A stretch of 64,000 bases of DNA from Azolla caroliniana. Its lineage: Eukaryota > Plantae > Polypodiophyta. The stretch lies in assembly GCA_043228905.1 (NCBI GenBank), contig JBHGNT010000012.1:8246001-8310000 (forward strand), in the 5' to 3' direction. Shown one piece after another: positions 47,901-61,005 of the stretch. Below the pieces are notes generated by a model, which searched no databases, had not been told where the DNA came from, and worked only from the letters and a program-made list of their open reading frames with translations. Each line of letters begins with the position of its first letter. Position 1 is the stretch's first letter. Position numbers and translations under genes: made by a program.

Positions 47901-50688
47901 TCTGCTTCATCCATGATTCATTGCAACAGGCCTTTGTACATCTGACGCTATCTGCTTCCTTTTGAACCTCTTCCCACAGTGGAAAGGGAAAAGATAAGGT
48001 CATGCATACAGGTCAAGCCTGTAACACTGATTACTATGTTTGTGACATTGCCCCATCACACATACAAACATTTTAACATACCATTTATCTATTGCCTGTG
48101 TGACGTAGGAAGCATATAGCTACTTATCCCATTATATTATTTAGCTATGTATGCGACCATTACTTTGCCTTTTGCTGCAGTTTGTGTCAACAACACCAGA
48201 TTTTAGCTCATCTGTTTTACCTTCATAACTTGTGATTGAAAGCCGTCACGCTTAGATTAATGTCCCTTTTTCTTAATAAAGGCACAGGGTCATGTTGTTC
48301 AAATGTAACAAGAAAAAAATACAGATGAAACAAAAGAAATGTTTCAGGTGAATCAAAAGAATTCCATTTGAACTGTTTCAGATGAAACAAAAGAAAAAAA
48401 TACAGATTCCATAAGATGAAACAAAGAAATGTATTAGGTGAAACGGTGAAAAATGAATTCCATTTGAATTGTTTCAGATGAAACAAAAGAAAAAAATACA
48501 GATTCCAGAAGATGAAAAAAGAAATTTTTCAGGGGAAACGGTGGATGAATCTAGAGTGATGGACGCTTTAACACTACCCAGAAAATACAATCCTATTTCT
48601 CTCCAGAACAACCCCAAAGGAATAGATTTATTTTTTGTGTTTAAAACTTTTGACTTTTTTTGCAAAACAAATCTCACTTTTTTGTTCAGATTTTTGTTTT
48701 CTATTATGTTCAAAAAAGTGTTCACCATTTTTCGTTCAGATTATTTTTGGGTTTCAAGACAAACTTTAATTTTTATGTTCAAAACAGATCCCTTTTACTG
48801 GTTCAAGCAAATTTTGGATTTTCTTCAGACTTTTAAGATTTTCTTAACTTTAGCCTCTCCTCCAAATTCTAGCCCAAGAAAAACTAGTTTGAGCAGCCAC
48901 AGCTAGATTTGTTTTGAAGTAATATATGGGTAAATGAAGGTGTATCTTCCATATTCTTTTAAAGCCTAAGCTATTAGTTATAAACTTTCACATCAGAGAA
49001 ACATGGGTGTATTACCTTGAGAAAAAAAAATCCATGAATAAAGTTAAATGGGTTTGCTACAGCAATTTTCTTGAGAGTTTCAAAGTATGTCTCTGAAAAT
49101 TTTATTTTACTATATGGTATTGAGCATTTACAGAGATTTTATTGTTCTATTTTAATAGAGGGATGCTGAAGCACACTTGCCAGATCTCACTACAAGGGAA
49201 GGCATAACTTTGTCTATGGAGGATATTGTCGATTCTCGAATTTGGTACTTACGATTTAGGTAAAAAGAATTGAAATTACGAGGACTTCAAATAATCCACG
49301 TCAACATGTTGCTGAGATATGAGTATGAACACTCAATAAATATAGTTGTTTCTTCTATGCAGATTTTGGCCGAATAACAAGAGTAGGATGTATTTGCTTG
49401 AAAATACTAGTATGTGCCCACACTTTCTCTATCTTGTATACATTTGGATTTTGAATATTTGGCACTAGGTTATGTATGCGTGATACACTAACAGACACGC
49501 ACACATGCATGCATTGTTATACTTAACATACAATACGTGTAGAATACGTATGCTAAGTATTCTACAAGTATTCTAACTTTTTAAAAAAAGTACTTAGAAT
49601 ACGTACTTTTGCGATAAAAGACATTAAATTCTTAGAATATGTGTAGAATACTTGTAAAATACATTAAATACTTCTTAAATTTTAATCATTTTTTTCAAAA
49701 TAGATCTTAAACTTTTTTGCAATGATAAATACTTGTTAAATACGTGAAAATTTGAAAAATGGCAGTTATAAAACATAGAATACATGTAGAATACTTCAGA
49801 GTATTCTAAACGTAGAATACACTTTTTTAACAACTATGCACACATGTATATATAGTGTTGAACATTGTTATTCACCATGGTTATTTGTTATACATATTAC
49901 AATTTCGTGTCATGCTTCTTCTAGTTATACCTTTTTCATTTGTTTTGGTAGGAGACTATGTAAAGACCCATAATCTTCAAGAAGGTGATTTCCTGATGCT
50001 TTATAAAGACGACCAGGCTGAAAAATATGTAAGTTGTTGGTCTCTTGAAAGTTGAAACAGTGCAGATGTATTGGAAAATTATATATGTAGTTTTACTTAT
50101 AGGAAACATTCCGAGAGATTCATCCCTGGGTTTTACTTTTATTTCCCAAAATACATCCCTGAGTTTTCATTAGATGACCCAAAATAGCACATATTATTGA
50201 GATAAATGACCCTATAACATGCCAAATGGTGCAAATAAATTGTATTTTGGGGGTTCACCAAGGCCACTTGGAGAATAAAAAACAATGACACAGATTTATC
50301 TCTTGGAGTTTTGTCCATAATTTATCACACCACCTTCGGAACCTAAACTTGTGAGTTCTCTTTATTTACTGTGTCTGAATATTAGGTAATACAAGCAAGG
50401 AAGGTCGCTCGGCTTGAAAATTCAACCACTGTAACTGGAAGAAAAGTACAACGGGCCAATGTCAGTGAGGGACGTAAGAGTGTATCACTTACCAAGAATC
50501 GGAAGGACAGGCATCGTACAGTATCAAGGAGGAATTCAACGGAAAAGAGTTCACAAAAGTCGCCAGTGAAAGAAGATCTGGTACAAGGATTTCAGGATGA
50601 TGTTTCAAGATTATTGCCTCAGCTGGAAAATGTCGACAAGATTGAGATTGATGACATGAACATCGAAGCAATTTTCGAGCTAAAATGA
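41930..50688 (+). CDS. LAV-family B3 transcription factor (ABI3/FUS3/LEC2 group), predicted 868 aa, 8 exons
   Basis: Exons 41930-43181, 43579-43650, 43901-44562, 44762-44854, 49159-49259, 49363-49409, 49952-50028, 50386-50688. B2-like [14 protein letters not shown]3: [78 protein letters not shown]. The N-terminal exon model is less certain than the B3 exons. Confidence 0.88.
45845..46066. repeat. Intronic tandem repeat, 3 x 74 bp
   Basis: AGACTTCTACATAACCATAAGC... starts at 45845, 45919 and 45993, near identical. Confidence 0.95.
48290..48900. repeat. Intronic repeat-rich insertion, possible degenerate MITE
   Basis: Repeated TTTCAGATGAAACAAAAGAAAAAAATACAGATTCC units; weak terminal inverted similarity (GTTGTTCAAA / TTTGAGCAGC). 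Confidence 0.4.
49508..49838. mobile_element. hAT-type MITE, 331 bp, in a B3 gene intron
   Basis: 8-bp TSD CACACATG (49500-49507, 49839-49846); imperfect TIRs CATGCATTGTTA / TAACAACTATG; internal TAGAATAC repeats in both orientations. Confidence 0.78.
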
Positions 50689-51764
50689 TCTTGGAAGAAT
50701 GTAGTAAAAAGAAAGGAAAGAAATAGAATTGACGTTGGGCCAAGATTTTTTATATCAATTTGAATACTCTCTCTATTGTATGATATCTAAAACTATTTGA
50801 TTGTTCTAGAAACAGAGAGAGTATTAGTTAAGACTGGGAAAACAAGAGGCTCAGTGTTTCCCAAATTGAGTTTTCGCAAGTTGCTTTTACTTGTTTGAGA
50901 AGATAGATTGATTATCTCTACTGTAATCAAAACAGTGAAGGGACTCTCTAATGGCATAAGTACCTAGTCTTCCAAACTAGGGAACTGAGAGAGATAAAAA
51001 AAAACCCATCTAACTTACTGTTCTCAAACTTGGGTTATGAGTGAAATACAGATACGCGCACACATGTGTGATTTCCAATCATTTTTCTCAATAAAGATAT
51101 TAAGTCTTTACTGCAGAGAGAATACTGATTTCCAAATCATTCTTGTTATAAAGTTGCAAAATCTTCCTTCTTTTCTTTCTTTCATCTAAGGAATTCAAAT
51201 AACCATGTTTTGCCACAATTTTAAGGCAGAACATTTCCGTCAATCATAGCCTCTCCCTCTATCTCTAACAAACACGTATAGATCTTCTTTTTGTCTACTA
51301 AGGTGTTGATGATAACTGAGAGTGCATTCTTTTTGTTTTTCCAGGAAGATAAAGTGAATTAACAAAAGATACAAGCAGACAATGCCTCTTTCTCTCTATG
51401 GAATAAATAGTAAACTGACCTGGAAAACATATATGTATGTATCAGTGAATCAATCAGATGAAGGAAGGAGAAGAAGATGATGATGATGATGATGATGGTG
51501 ATGGTGATGGTGAATGGAAAATGGCAAATGGCGATATGGTTAGGTTACGCAGAAACACTGAGATCTGATAAGATCGCAGATTTGATTGCCTAATTCACTT
51601 GCGAGAACAGCAGGGAACACAGAGAGAGAGAGAGGAGAGGGGTATGGCGCGTGAGATTACGGAAAACCAAAAGGAAAGATGGGAGGGTAGTGGTGTGGAA
51701 TTTCGCGAAATCATGAAAACTCTCTCTCTCAATCTCTTTTATCACAATTAACAATCGCAAGTGC

Positions 51765-52200
51765 GCGGCTTAACGGTTTAAACAGTTTGGTTTGGTTTGG
51801 TTCGGTTCGGTTCAAGTTCAGGTTTTAAAAAATGGTTCGGTTCGGTTCAAGTTCAAGTTCAGGTTTTAAAAAATGGTTCGGTTCGGTTCAATTTCAAGTT
51901 CGGGTTTTTTAAAACGGTTCGGTTCGGTTTTGGTTTGGTTAAAACTGTTAGAAACGGTTTTTTATTTTTTTTTCAATTTAAAAATTTAATATTTTCATTT
52001 TCAAGCCTTATTCTCACGTTTTAGGAAAATCTTTAAAATTTTAAAACAGTAAAATTTAAAATAATGAGATATTCCTAAGTTCAAAACCCGAAACCGAACT
52101 ATGTAACCACAGCTTTAACAGTTTGAATTTTTTTAAACGGTTCGATTTAACAATTTCATGGTTCGGTTCAATTTAGTTCAAGTTTCAAAAATTTTTAACA
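51765..52200. mobile_element. GGTTCGGTT-rich non-autonomous DNA element fragment
   Basis: Clusters of GGTTC/GGTTT and inverted AAACCGAAC, similar in style to 10017-10468; termini unresolved. Confidence 0.45.
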
Positions 52201-52243
52201 GGTTAATCGCAATTAGAGTAATTAATCTCTTTTATCGCAATTA

Positions 52244-52335
52244 GCTTAACTTAGTGGTAAATTGTTACACCACTACTACTAGTAACACTATCTCTTGGGT
52301 TCAAGGCCCAATTTTCTCACCTCTTTTACTCCATA
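52244..52335 (+). repeat. tRNA-like (A/B box) dispersed repeat
   Basis: TAACTTAGTGGTAA (A-box-like) ... GGGTTCAAGGCCC (B-box-like); homologous to 23370-23462. Confidence 0.55.
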
Positions 52336-52339
52336 GATA

Positions 52340-55300
52340 AACAACGGATTTTTGTAGCCTCGACTACCACGATACCGCTCCCCTTGCATATGTCATGATG
52401 TATTTGTACGTGGACCACCTGGTATCTACATTAGCCGACATGTCCAAATCCGTAAAGCCTTCCAGTAGGGGTTTACTTGAGCCGAATCGGAGGCACATGC
52501 TCGAGATGCCTTTTTGGTACAAAAGGATCCACTTGATGGCAGTCTTGCGCTCTCTTCCCATATTGATCATGAACCGGCTCACCACTCCGACTACATATCC
52601 GATGTTCGACCGGGTACACAACATTGCGTACATCAGGCTTCCGATGGCATAGGCATATTGTACCTTCATCATCTCAACTTTCTCCAACTTTGTCTTCGGG
52701 CTTTGTTTCGCGGACAACTTGTAGTTTGTCGGAAGTGTTGACCCGACCGACTTTGCATCCGCCATGTTGAACCTCTGGAGCACCTTTTTCACATACTTCT
52801 CCTATGATAGCCACAATAACTTCTTTGTCCAGTCCCGGACTATGTGCATCCCCAAGATTTGTCTCGCCAGACCCATATCTTTCATTGAGGACCTGCTAAA
52901 GGCCTTCTTCAGCGTCCCGATTTTGATATGGTCTCGTCCGACGATCAACATGTCATCCACGTGCAACAAGAGTATTAGGAGGTCTCCTCCGTCGAACTTC
53001 TTCACGAACACGCAGTGGTCGGCCTACGTCTTGTGATATCCTTGGTCGGTCATGAAGGAGTCGAACTTCCGGTACCATTGCCGAGGAGCTTGCTTCAATC
53101 CGTATAAGCGCTTCTTCAACCGGCATACCAGGTTCTCCTTCCCTTTCTTGATGAATCCTTCCGGTTGTTGCATATAGATCTCCTCTTCAAGGTCACCATG
53201 CAGGAATGTCATCTTGACATCTAGTTGCTTGACTTCGAGGTCCATGCTTGCCATTATGCTCAAAACTGTCTGGATGGATGTCATCTTCACTACTGGAGCA
53301 AAAATCTTGTCGAAATCCACTCTTTTCTTCTACTAGAAGCCCTTCACCACAATGCAGTCTTTGTACCCCGGTGGATTTCCGGCGTATCCTGGTTTCAACT
53401 TGTACACCCATTGATTTCAGAGCGCCCTCTTTCCTTTCGGCAGCTCCATCAAATTGTATGTGTGGTTGTCATGCAGGGAATCCATCTCATCCTGCATGGC
53501 ACTTAATCACTTGTGGTTGTGGGTGTCTTTCTTTGCTTCTTTGAAGCTCTCTGGCTCCCCCTCGTCATTAGCAAAACATGCTCTTCATCCGGAAATCTTC
53601 GAGGGGGCCTTCTCTCTATAAGAGGGTATCTTCTTCCTTGGTTTTCGGCCACTGGTTCTTCAGTTGGTTCTTCATTTGGATCTGATTCGGGGACTTGTCT
53701 AGTTTTGGTGTTCGGACCTTCGGTCATTCTAGTTCCCTGACTGAATCCAACTCCCGACTGGCTTCCGACTGTCAATTCGAATTCGATCGACTCTCCAAGT
53801 TCTTTGGTCGATTGTCGGCTTCCAACTGTTCGGGAGGATGTGGTCCTCTCCAACTCCTAGTCGACAATAGTCTTCTCCTCCATGAAGACTATGTATTGAC
53901 TCCAAATGACCTTCTTGTCGACTAAGTCCCATAGTTGGTGGCCGAATTCATCGTCGCCGTATCCAAGGAATATGCATCGTTGAGTCTTCGGGTTTAGTTT
54001 TCCCCGTTTTTCCTTTGTGATATGTACATAGGCAAGACAACTGAACACCTTCAGATGCTGGTACGAAATGTCTTTGCTAGTCCACACTATGTGTGGTACA
54101 TCTCCATCCAAGGATGCTGAGGGTGATCTATTTATCACATTCATTGATGTCATCAGCGCCTCAACCCAGAATGTCTTGGACAGATTGGCATGTGCAAGCA
54201 TACTCTAGACTCTCTCGATTACGGTCCGGTTCATTCTCTCAACCAGGACGTTAAGCTCCGGTGCCTTCGGCATGGTGTACTCGAGCCAAATTCCCTTCGA
54301 CCGAGAGTAATCCTCGAACTGCCTTCGATATTCACCTCTATTGTCCGCTCGGATTGCTTTCAGCTTCCAACCGTGGAGACCCACAACTTCTATTTGTGGT
54401 CATCTATGAAAGTCACGAAGTACTGCAATCTGACATGTGACTCACGGAGCATACATCGGTATGCACAAGTTCATGCGGTGCCTTCCGTCTCATCAGTGGT
54501 CTTGACTGAAAAGAGGTTTTTTTCTACTTGCCGGCCAAGCAATCAATGCACTTCTCAAGTTGCACGTTCTTCACCTCCGGAATGTGGTTATCTTCGATAA
54601 GTCTCTACATCCCCTTCTAGCTCATGTGACACAACCTCTTATGCCACAGCTCACTGGTAGTGTCAGATGCAATGTTCACTTCTTCCCGGCATATCCGGGC
54701 ATGCATCAGGTACAAGGTGTTGATCTTCTAGGCACATGCCACGATCAAGCTTCCTCTGCGAAATGTCATTGTGTCATTCCGGATGTTACTCGTGTAGCCT
54801 TCATCATCCAACCAATCGGCTGATGTCAGGTTCAGTCAAACCTCTGAAACATGTAAGACATCTTTCAACAACAGCTTGCACCCGGTTGATGTTGTCAACC
54901 ACACTCCTATGCCGACAATTTGGCATGATCCTTCATTCCCCATCCTTACATAGTCGTGATCTCCGGCTCTGTAAGGTGAGAAGCACTTCTAGTCAGAGGT
55001 CAGATGAAATGATGCTCGACAGTCGACCACCAACATCATTTCATCGTTGACAAGGTGTAGCTCACTCTCCTCAGTGATGAGCAGTAATTCCTCTTCACTT
55101 GTCGCAATTGTTGATGTTCCTCTTATTTTCAAAATCTTCTTCTGTTCAGATTTGTCAGCTCCCCTTTTTGCTTTTCAAAAGTGTCAATAGTTCTTTTGGA
55201 AATGCTATCCCGGTTTCCCACAATAGAAACAAGTAGGTTTCCCCCTCGACTTCGATCTCGTCCCTAACTTTTCCCGGTTCTAGGGACTTCTGTTCCGGCC

Positions 55301-55966
55301 TCTTCCCCAATTTGAGTCGGTTTTGGTAATTAAGGCCTTTGGGTTGGTTCTACCCTTCCGGTCTGGCATTGCCCATTGTGATGACCAACGTCTCCCAACT
55401 ATCCGGAAGGGATCCGAGCAACAACAATGCCAATACCTCGTTGGCTAGTGGTACTTCGAGCAAGGTAGTCTGGTTTATTAGTCCCTAGAAAGCATTCATA
55501 TGCTCTGCCATACTGGCACCTGAGCCTCACTATTTTCTGGAATACTGAGACTCGGTTCATAGCATTCTTGTTCTCTAACATAATGCCAATATTCTCCATC
55601 CTGATACCTGAGCCTCACTATTTTCCGGAATACCGAGACTCGATTCACAATATTCTTGTTCTCTAACATAATGCCAATATTCTCCCAAAGGATGTCATCC
55701 TTGTTCTCTTGAAGTTATTGTATAGGCTCATGTCAATGAAGCATCTTATGTATGTTGTCGTCTTCATATGCATTACTTCCTAGGTCATGGCATCAATCTT
55801 GTCTGGTCTTTTGTCTCCAAACTATACCGGTAGCCAGAGATCTTTAACCACCAACATGTCTCTCATCTTCGATTTCCAAACTGAGTAGTTAGAGCCGATG
55901 AGCTTGAACATGCCTCCGAATGAGTATTCCATTTTCTTTGAAGTTTACAACCTTGCTCTGATACCA
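52340..55966 (-). mobile_element. Ty1/Copia internal region, decayed, no LTRs visible
   Basis: PBS TGGTATCAGAGC at 55966-55955; gag remnants; integrase (FWVEAL..INRSPS, CIFLGYG); RT (FAPVVKMTS, QLDVKMTFLHG, LYGLKQAPRQW, HVDDML); start of RNase H (GFTDLD, GAVSW); tandem duplication at about 55518-55685. Confidence 0.92.
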
Positions 55967-55974
55967 ATTTGCGA

Positions 55975-57192
55975 TGGTAGTGCAAACCATCCAACCTCAT
56001 CATTACCCTATGCTCACATTTAGAGGTGAACATATACAATTTGTTTGAAACTTTAAATATCTTGGTATTGATGTACCCACCACAAATAAATGGAGTGCAT
56101 GCTTTGATTCTAGGCTCCAAGCTAGTTGGAGATCATATTACCTTTTAGAGAACCAATGCAACCAAAATGATACTTGTGGATGGGAAGTAAAACTAATGTT
56201 GTTCAATGCCATGGTAACTCAAGTATTGCTTTATGGAGTAGAAGTATGGGGTGGCACTATCTCCCTTAATGCATGGAATGAGATTGAGAAAATTCAAAAG
56301 ATGTTTTTAAGGAGGTAATTAGAAGTTAAATGCACTACCTCTTACCAAGTTATGCTCCTGGAAATAGGTGTTCGACCCATAGAAAGATTTGCACTACAAA
56401 GTGTATATAAATACATTACAAAAGTCAAGAATATGCCGAATCATCGATTACCACATCTTGCTTGGAATGTTGGATGTAAACTACAAAAGAATCATAAGAG
56501 TAAGATTCCCTCATCCTATTGGGTTGTTGACATAAGGAAATGGTTTAGAAGATGGGGTGTGGATGATCTTTTAAAGCTTTCGGGTGATGTTATGCATTAT
56601 GTAATGATTGAGGAAAGGTTGGTGGAATCATTAAGGATGAAGTGGGAAGATGCTAAGAGGACAAAGCTAGAATACTACATTGCAAATGTCAACCCTGAAT
56701 GTTAGTCTCAATATAAAGTAAGAATGCCTATTGATCTTATCCAATCTTATCTCATTACCAATATGAGTAGTAATGCTTGTAGAGCCCTTACACTACTTCA
56801 CACTCGATCTCACAAGTTAGGTATTGAAGTTGCATCATGGTATCAAAATGTAATGAATTTGAAGACATGTAAAGTATGCAATGAAGGCATGGTAGAGGAT
56901 GAAAGTCACTCGCACTTCACATGCTCGACATATAGTGCAATTCATTCAAGATATGTTGATATACTAAGAGGGAGTGATAACTTACGTGCCATACTTAAGA
57001 CACCACTCAGAAGGTCAAAATTGGTCTGTTTATGGACGATAAAAATTCTAATTCTAATTCTCGGCTTGGTGGTTTACACCCAAATTCGTTCCTTGCCATG
57101 GGCAGCTAGGCCACATGTCATAGCTTGCAACCGGTATCCCTTAGGATATTAAAAATTTGTCTATGTATGTATGGATGTTTATATCTATCTAT
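55975..57192 (+). mobile_element. 5'-truncated RTEX-like LINE (family D)
   Basis: FKYLGID, LLYGVEVWG, IEKIQK.FLR, HRLP, RSHKLGIE..CKVC..VEDESH.HFTCSTY; ends in TATG/TATC repeats. Confidence 0.82.
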
Positions 57193-57418
57193 CTTTGGAA
57201 ATAAAGAGAATCTCAGAGGGGTATTGCCAGGAAATAAAGAGAATCTGAGGGGGGGTATCCATCGAGAGCTGTTGTGTGAAATTAGAGAAGACATGGTGGT
57301 GCTGCTGGTGTTGTCAGGTGTCTAGTGCTTTTTTGTTTCTCAATTCCCAAGTCTTTTGTTTTCTTCTTTCTGAACAAGGAAGGAGGAAGACAGAAGAGGG
57401 AAGAAGAACATCGGAAAG

Positions 57419-60400
57419 ATGGATGAAATCCCAGCTGCAAGTGCTATGCAATGGAATCTAGACTTGGACCGAGGCTTAAGGTCTCAGAAAACAGGTAAAC
57501 CATTTCTTCTCTATATAAATACATATGCATATATGTCTACGGATATATGTATATGTATATGTCCTGTATTTCTTAAAAAGGAAGAGTGACAGAGATATCT
57601 TGCATTTGTATGTTGTAACAAATATGAGACCTAAAAATAGATGAAAATTGCTTTAGCTCCTCAAAAGATGAAGAAGAAAATTTTGTACGCACACATGCAT
57701 ACATGCATATGTATGCATATAATATGTAAACATGAGTAACTGGTACCAATCAGGAGATGTTCCTGCTCACTGGATAGAGGATCATAGATGTCTTTGGATT
57801 ATCCAAGAAACAATGATCTTCATTGAGCTCAATGGGGGTTGCATGCAGGGTGTCTCTTAGCATATCTGTGGTTGTGCCAACATTTCATATTATCTAGGAA
57901 ACAATGATCGGCATTGAGGGTGTCTTACATATTGCAAGCTATGCTAACACGTGATTGTTAATGTCAGCCATTGCTTCAAAGGAAATGTGCAAAACTATTG
58001 GAAATGCAGACTTCGTGACATGAACGTGTTAAAAATCAAAGAAGGTTGTTGGGGGCAGGGGAGAGAAAAATATATATTAATGTCTATTAGAGGCCAAAAT
58101 ATGCCTATGAGTCAAATCATTATTACAAATATGGGTGAATTCATGTTACCCATAACTGAAACAGAAATAAAAGATCTAGGTTTTGTAAAGCTCCATGGTC
58201 ATGATCTTAATTCAACTAGAGAAATGATTTTAGTGATGTTTGCATGCATGAAGTGCATAATTAATAGAATGAGCTGAGTAATGGTGACTGGACCTGATAT
58301 CCAAGGTTCTTGCAGTGCATCTGGGTGTGCTTTTGCGGATCAAACAACGGGAGCAATGATCTCCATGATCTGGAGATGTGCCTTATATCTTAGTAATCAC
58401 CATCCACGTTGTCGCTGGCTTTCTTGAGCTAGTAGAACCATGGACCTATGGAATAAATCAGTACAATGCGACAGTCATTGCTTCCCAAGTGCTAATATAA
58501 TGGTTGATTCTCTATGCTTTTGAAGTTTGAGTAAGTTTTAGCCAAAGTGTCGTGGGTCAGCCTCTCCATTATTTTTAAATGGTGGTGAAGTTGGCATAGA
58601 GAGTGGCATATTTCTTTTTTATGTGCTTTAAGTTCGCTACCTACGCAAAACAAATCCTCATGTTCAATCCCTCTCTCACATAATTTTCAAGAACTTTTGG
58701 CTATAGGTATGCAAAGTACTTGTCCTGTTTTAGTCTCGAGTTGGTGGGAGGAAACTCTAAGTTGGCCTATTACTTTACGAGAAGTATGTGGTATGTAGAC
58801 ATCCATGTATCTTGGTCTTTTTATGAATCATCCTCTAAGAACAGAAAATGATCTCTTCAATAGGCCATCTTTGGGGGAAGAGGTTCCCTTAGGGTGATCC
58901 AAGGCTTTTGGGTATAGAACTGCCATAGACCTTGCCACAATACTTTGTTTCATTTGTCACTTTTGAGAGAGAGAAAGAAGAAAGAAAGAAAGATATATTA
59001 ACATCTTTTAAGAGGCCAAAATGGCCTATAAGACCAAACAAGAGATTACATCTTAAGTGTTGTCTCATCTTTGAGAACAACAAATCAAAATAAAATAAAT
59101 ATTACACCATAAATATAAAAGTAAATAAGATAAAAAGAGACAAGGGAATCTGGTTTTCGGCACATGTGAGATTCTCAAGTTAGATATATTATAGCGTTTG
59201 TCTTCGAAAGATCTCTAGCATAGGTCGATCCAAAGAGAGAGAGAAAGAAAGAAAGATATATTAATGTCTTTTAAGAGGCCAAAATGGCCTATAAGACCAA
59301 ACAAGAGATTACATCTTAAGTGTTGTCTCGTCATTGAGAACATTTCAAAATAAAATAAATATTACACAGTAAATATAAAAGTAAATAAGATGAAAAGAAA
59401 AGAAACAAGGGAATCTGGTTTTTGGCACATGTGAGATTCTCAAGCTGATATATTTTAGCTTTTGTCTTTGAAAGATCTCTAGCATAGGTCAATCCAAAAT
59501 GGAAATGTCTCGGAAGCGAGGGAAGCACCTACGATGGCGGGAGATAATGGCTTTCATCTATCAATGGCAAGGGTGTCAGGGTCGTGGTCCATGGAGCCGG
59601 GGCTTTTAAGAAAGAAAGAAAGAAAGAAAGACATACTAACGTCTTTTAAGAGGCCAAAATGGCCTATAAGACAAGAGATTACATCTTAAGTGTTGTCGCG
59701 TCTTTGAGAACAACAAATCAAAATAAAATCAATATTGCGAGCTAAATATAAAAGTAAATAAGATAAAAAGAGACTACAGAATTTGGTTTTCGGCACACAT
59801 AAGATTCTCAAGTTAGATATATTATAACTTTTGTATTCGAAGGTCTCCATCATAGGTGGATCCAAAATGGAGAGGTCTCCGAAGCAAGGGAAGCACCTGC
59901 AATGGCAGGAGATAAATCATAACAGCCTTTATTTGTCGATGACAAGGGTGGTGAGCTTGTGGTCCATGGGGCCAGGGCCTACGTGCATGACAAATTGCTA
60001 TTGCTCGATCTATTGTAACCCCCCCTTTGTGTTATGTCTCGGTCAGGAGCCCATTTGTGTATCCCTTGATTGACTTGTAGCATTAGTAGGAGTGATGGGC
60101 CTAAAGAAAGTTGTGACTGTTCTTTGTGGATGAGCTGGTGTGGTACTATCGTCATTCAACAACTTTTCCCAATGTCTCTTGAGTTCTAGCAAGAAAAGTC
60201 CTAGGCACTGTTGGTTTGAATATTCCATTACCTTACATAGTGAGCCAAAGCCTTGTTTAAGGAGGCAATGGTATCTCCCTCTTATTTCATAGAAGACACT
60301 ATAGTGGCAAACCTAGTGTTCTTCGAATTCCACTTCTTGATGACACAATTGGCAAATTCTTTCTTGTAGAAGTATTTGTGTATATCTGCCTACCTCAGTC

Positions 60401-60932
60401 TGTAACTGTGTGATGAAGTTTGCAACTGCCCTATCACACTGCGCAACGCATAGGATAGGTGTATGTCCATATAAGATGACACTTTCGATCTTCATGACAT
60501 TCTTTATCAAACCTATTTTTTTTTAACTACATTTCTTGATGCATTTCCAAGATGTGTGTTTGGTCAAAAAGCTTTTGTTTGTGCATGAGAAAATTACTTT
60601 CTTAAAAGCTTCCCATTTGCATTCTAGTGTGGCACCATGTTAAATCTTTGTCATTTGTAGCATATCTTCAACCATCTTGGAATACATGGGCGCTTGTTCA
60701 AGGTTCATGCTCAAATACAATTGTTTATCATCTTCAAAGACCGTCTCACAATCAAACCTATTGATACATTTGAGGTCAATACTTAAAGTACTATGATTGG
60801 ATTCCGGTGTCCATTCACCAAGTTAGAATTCGTGTATGCAATCTAAAATAACTTTGGAAAGTAGCACATAGTCAATCACGAGAGATAGATAGATAGATAT
60901 ATTATATTATCGTCTTCGGAGGTCAAATATGA

Positions 60933-61005
<73 letters not shown>

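Noticed and set aside
47400-48000. Possible coding remnant on the minus strand in the long B3 intron
   Set aside because: No motif I can assign with confidence
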